From Squalus acanthias (lineage: Eukaryota), in NCBI GenBank assembly GCA_030390025.1, contig CM059432.1:102426001-102490000 (forward strand): 64,000 bases of DNA, written 5' to 3'. The position numbers were made by a program, and so were the translations under genes. Below, piece after piece: positions 60,212-64,000 of this stretch. The notes beneath the pieces are model-generated. The model was not told the origin of the DNA. It saw nothing but the letters and a program-made list of their open reading frames with translations, and did not search any database. Numbering within the stretch: position 1 is the first letter of the stretch; every line of letters begins with the position of its first letter.

Positions 60212-63200
60212 GGGTATGGTAGCATAGAGGTTATGTTACTGGATGAGAAGTCAAGAGGCCTGGACTAATGATATGGAGATATGAGTTCAAATCCCACCAT
60301 GACAGCTGGAGAATTTAAATTAAGTTAATTAAATAAATCTGGAATAAAAAGCTAGTATCAGTAATGGTGACCATGAAACTACTGGATTATTGTAAAAACT
60401 TGTCTGGTTCATCAATGTCCTTCAGGGAAGGTAAATCTGCTGTCCTTACCTGGTCTGGCCTATATGTGACTTCAGATCCACAGCAATGTGGTTGACTTTT
60501 AACTGCCCTCTGAAATGGCACTCAGTTGTACCAAACCACTACAAAGCAGTATACAAAGAATAAAACCGGACGGACCACCCGGCATCGACCTACGCACAGG
60601 ACATGACAAAGGCACGCCCAGTCGAACCTGCAATGTCCTCCTCACTAACATCTGGGGACTTACCCAAAATTGGGAGAGCTGTCCCACAGACTAGTCAAGC
60701 AACAGCCTGACATAGTCCTACTCACAGAATCATACCTTTCAGCCAACGTCCAGACTCCTCCATCACCATCCCTGGGTATCTCCTGTCCCACCGGCAGGAC
60801 AGACCCACCATGGGTGGCAGCACAGTGGTATACAGTCGGGAGGGAGCGGCCTTGGGAGTCATCAACATTAAATCTGGACCCCATGAAGTCTCATGGCATC
60901 AGGTCAAACATGGGCAAGGAAACCTCCTGCTGATTACCACCTATTGCCCTCCCTCAGCTGATGAATCAGTACTCCTCCGTGTTGTGTGAAGGCATACGCC
61001 ATATTCAGAAAAATACACCATCCTATGAAAGAATTTTGACTTTATTAAAACATGACAAACTAGGTTTGAAAATCTAAAAGCCTTAACAATGGAAAAGCTG
61101 TCAACAGCATACAGGCTTTTGAGATAAGATAAGTTGTTGACACTGAATCAATAGCCTTAATGAAACAGAAGGTTAGAGGTTCCTGGAAGTCTGAAGCTTT
61201 GGAAAAAAGACAAAGGAATACCAGTTAAAGTGTCTTAAACCAAAACTTCGGAAAGAATCACAGAAAATTAAAGAAACATATGCCTTCGTAAATATAACAT
61301 CAAATGAAATATGGAGACACGATTCTGTGTTACAACCAGTTGAGGTAACTAAGAAGACAATGGTGCAACCGGTTGAGGTGTTCTAAATGCAAAAGATACA
61401 AACAGAAGACCTTGGTAAGAATGGCATCAAGTGGGGGAGGCACCAGCCATCACATTGTTTTTGTGTTGAACTTGAAACACCTAAAAGGAGAGACACGAGT
61501 CTGCTTGCTACCAGCTGAACTAACTGTAAGAATAGAAGGGGTAAGCAGAAAAATGACTAGAGATAATTAACTTACATCAGCAGAAAACTCCAAAGGATTT
61601 ACCACTGAGAAAGGGTATAAAAATTGGACTTTCAAATGGGAAGATAGATTCGCTTGCAGGGGCAAAGCGATTCTTAGGCTTCAAAGGCAAGCTCTGTAAG
61701 TCTTCAACTCTTTGTATCTCGGGGATCAAGGTACTTGTATTTGATTTTGGTGGATATCCTGGAATAAGACTAAGAAATGTAAAAATGTAATGAAGTTAAG
61801 ATTTGAGAATAAGGATCTCTGATAATAAGAATTGTAAAAGCTTTTTGGATTTGGAATTGTTAATGTTGCGATTGAAACACCTATTGTAAACTGCATGTCG
61901 GTTCTTTAATAAATCTATATATTTTTAGAATTGTCTCACATAGTACTTCTGTATCAAACTCGCGAACTCAATCGCTGTACACTCTTTGGTGAGGAGTTGC
62001 AGAATTCTGGGGGAGTTTTCCGGACCCTCATAATATCCGGAAGGTTACAGTCTAGCTAAACTTATTAAAAGTGCTATCTGGAGGATGGTAACATCTTCAG
62101 GCTGTTCCTTTCCTTTAGGGAGAGATAGTCTGGACCTTTAGACCCAATTAAGCGTCTTTAGGATTCGGCTACCTCTAACTTTAGTTGAAGGTGAACGTCT
62201 GGGGAATACGCCTGATCTGGGGTAGCCCAAAAGGGGCTAGGACTAATAATTATCCCTTCAGTTGAACACCACTTGGAAGAAACACTGAGGGTAGTAAGCC
62301 ACAGAACGTACTCTAGGTGGGGGACTTCAATGTCTATCACCAAGAGAGGCTTGGTAGCACCACTACTGACCGAGCTGGCCGAATCCTGAAGGACATAGAA
62401 GCCAGATGGACCTGCGGCAGATGGTGAGAGAACCAACATGACCTACTTGACCTCATTCTCACCAATCTACCTGGCGCAGATGCATCTGTCCATGACAGTA
62501 TTGGTAGCAGTGACCACCGCACTCTCCTTGTGGAGCCGAAGTCCCATCTTCACACTGAGGACACTCACCATTTTGTTGTGTGGCACTACCACTGTACTAA
62601 ATGGGATAGATTTAGAACAGATCTAGCAGCTCAAAACTAGGCATCCATGAGGCGCTGTGTGCCATCAGCAGCAGCAGAATTGTATTGCACCACAATCTGT
62701 AACCTGTCTTTTCCCTCACTCAACCATTACCATCTAGCTAGGCACCCAACCCTTGTTCAATGAGGAGTGTAGAAGAGCAAGCCAGGAGCAGCACCAGGCA
62801 TATCTAAAGATGCGGTGCCAACCTGGTTAAGCTACAACACAGGACTACGTGCATGCTAAACCGTGGAAACAGCATGCTATAGACAGAGCTAAGCAATCCC
62901 ACAACTAACAGATCAGATCAAAGCTCTGCAGTCCTGCCACATCCAGTCGTGAATGGTGCTGGACAATTCAACAACTAACAGGAGAAGGAGACTCCATGAA
63001 TATCCCCATCCTCAATAATGGCGTAGCCCAGCTCGTGACTGCAAAAGACAAGGCTGAAGCGTTTGCAAACATCTTCAGCCAAAAGTGCCAAGTGAATGAT
63101 CCATCTCGGGCCCCTCCTGAGTTCCCAATCATCACAGAAGCGAGTTGTCAGCCAATTTGATTCACTCCATGTGATATCAAACACTGGATACAGCAAAGGT

Positions 63201-64000
63201 TATGGGCGCCAACAATATCCTGGCTGTCATGCTGAAGACTTGTGCTCCAGAACTAGCCGTGAGTCTAGCCAAGCTGTTCCAGTAAAGCTGCAACACTGGC
63301 ATTTACCTGACAATGTGAAAAATTGCCCAGTCCACAAAAAGCAGGACAATTCCAGTCTGGCCAATTACCGCCCGATCAGTCTACTCTCTATCATCAGCAA
63401 GGTGATGGAAGGTGTCATCGACAGTGCTATCAAACTGCATTTACTCACCAATAACCTGCTCAACGATGCTCAGTTTGGGTTCCGCCAGGACCACTCAGTT
63501 CTAGACCTCATTACAGCCTTGGTCCAAGTATCGACAAAAGAGCTGAATTCCAGAGGTGAGGTGAGAGTGACTGCCCTTGACACCAAGCCAGCACAGACCG
63601 AGTGTGGCATCAAGGAGCCCGAATAAAATTGAAGTCAATGGGAATCAAGGGGAAAACTCTCCACTGGCTGGAGTCATACCTAGCACAAAGAAAGATGGTT
63701 GTGGTGGTTGGAGGTCAATCACCTCAGCCCCAGGACATCGCTGCAGGAGTTCCTCAGGGCAGTGTCCTAGGCACAACCATCTTCAGCTGCTTCATCAATG
63801 ACTTTCCCTCCATCATAGGGTCAGAAGTGGGTTTTCGCTGATGATTGCTCAGTGTTCAGTTCCATTCACAACTCCTCAGATAATGAAGCACTCCGTGCCA
63901 GGATGCAGCGAGACCTGGACAACATTCCGGCTTGGGCTGATAAGTGGCAGGTAACATTTGCACAACACAGGTGCCAGGCAATGAACATCTCCAACAAGAG
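60212..64000 (+). mobile_element. CR1/L2-group LINE with a tRNA-like 5' head and APE endonuclease + RT remnants, interrupted by a solo LTR
   Basis: LLTNIWGL..LGELSHRLVKQQPDIVLLTESYL, TYCPPS, VGDFNV, SDH; NYRPISLLSIISKVME, QFGFRQ, GVPQGSVLG; runs off the window. Confidence 0.88.
60985..62260 (+). mobile_element. Solo LTR of the foamy-like family (1276 bp)
   Basis: tgtgaagg..cccttca, full-length U3, perfect 4-bp TSD GTTG/GTTG, no PBS after it. Confidence 0.95.

Overview
Eukaryotic (vertebrate) non-genic DNA, made almost entirely of transposable elements. The repeat repertoire suggests a cartilaginous fish, which is an inference. No host exon is supported. The core is a 34-kb nested structure. 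A degenerate retrovirus-like element (ERV-A, 9810-44185, +, GTAC TSD) splits a Harbinger transposase. Its env is interrupted by a CR1 LINE, which holds a very young sister element (ERV-B, 19432-33447, -, apparently identical 1710-bp LTRs, open gag and env, pol broken only by one more CR1). The ERV-A env is also interrupted by an env-less endogenous foamy-like virus (34072-42204), and a solo LTR of that family lies at 60985-62260. ERV-A and ERV-B look lokiretrovirus-like: tRNA-Arg PBS, PR-RT-tether-RNaseH-IN, a conserved in-frame UGA-CUAG gag-pol junction, and a paramyxovirus-F-like Env with an N-terminal Ig-type domain and a C-terminal STV (PDZ-type) motif. The flanks hold Harbinger elements and MITEs, CR1/L2 LINEs, tRNA-headed SINEs and a LINE that shares their tRNA head.
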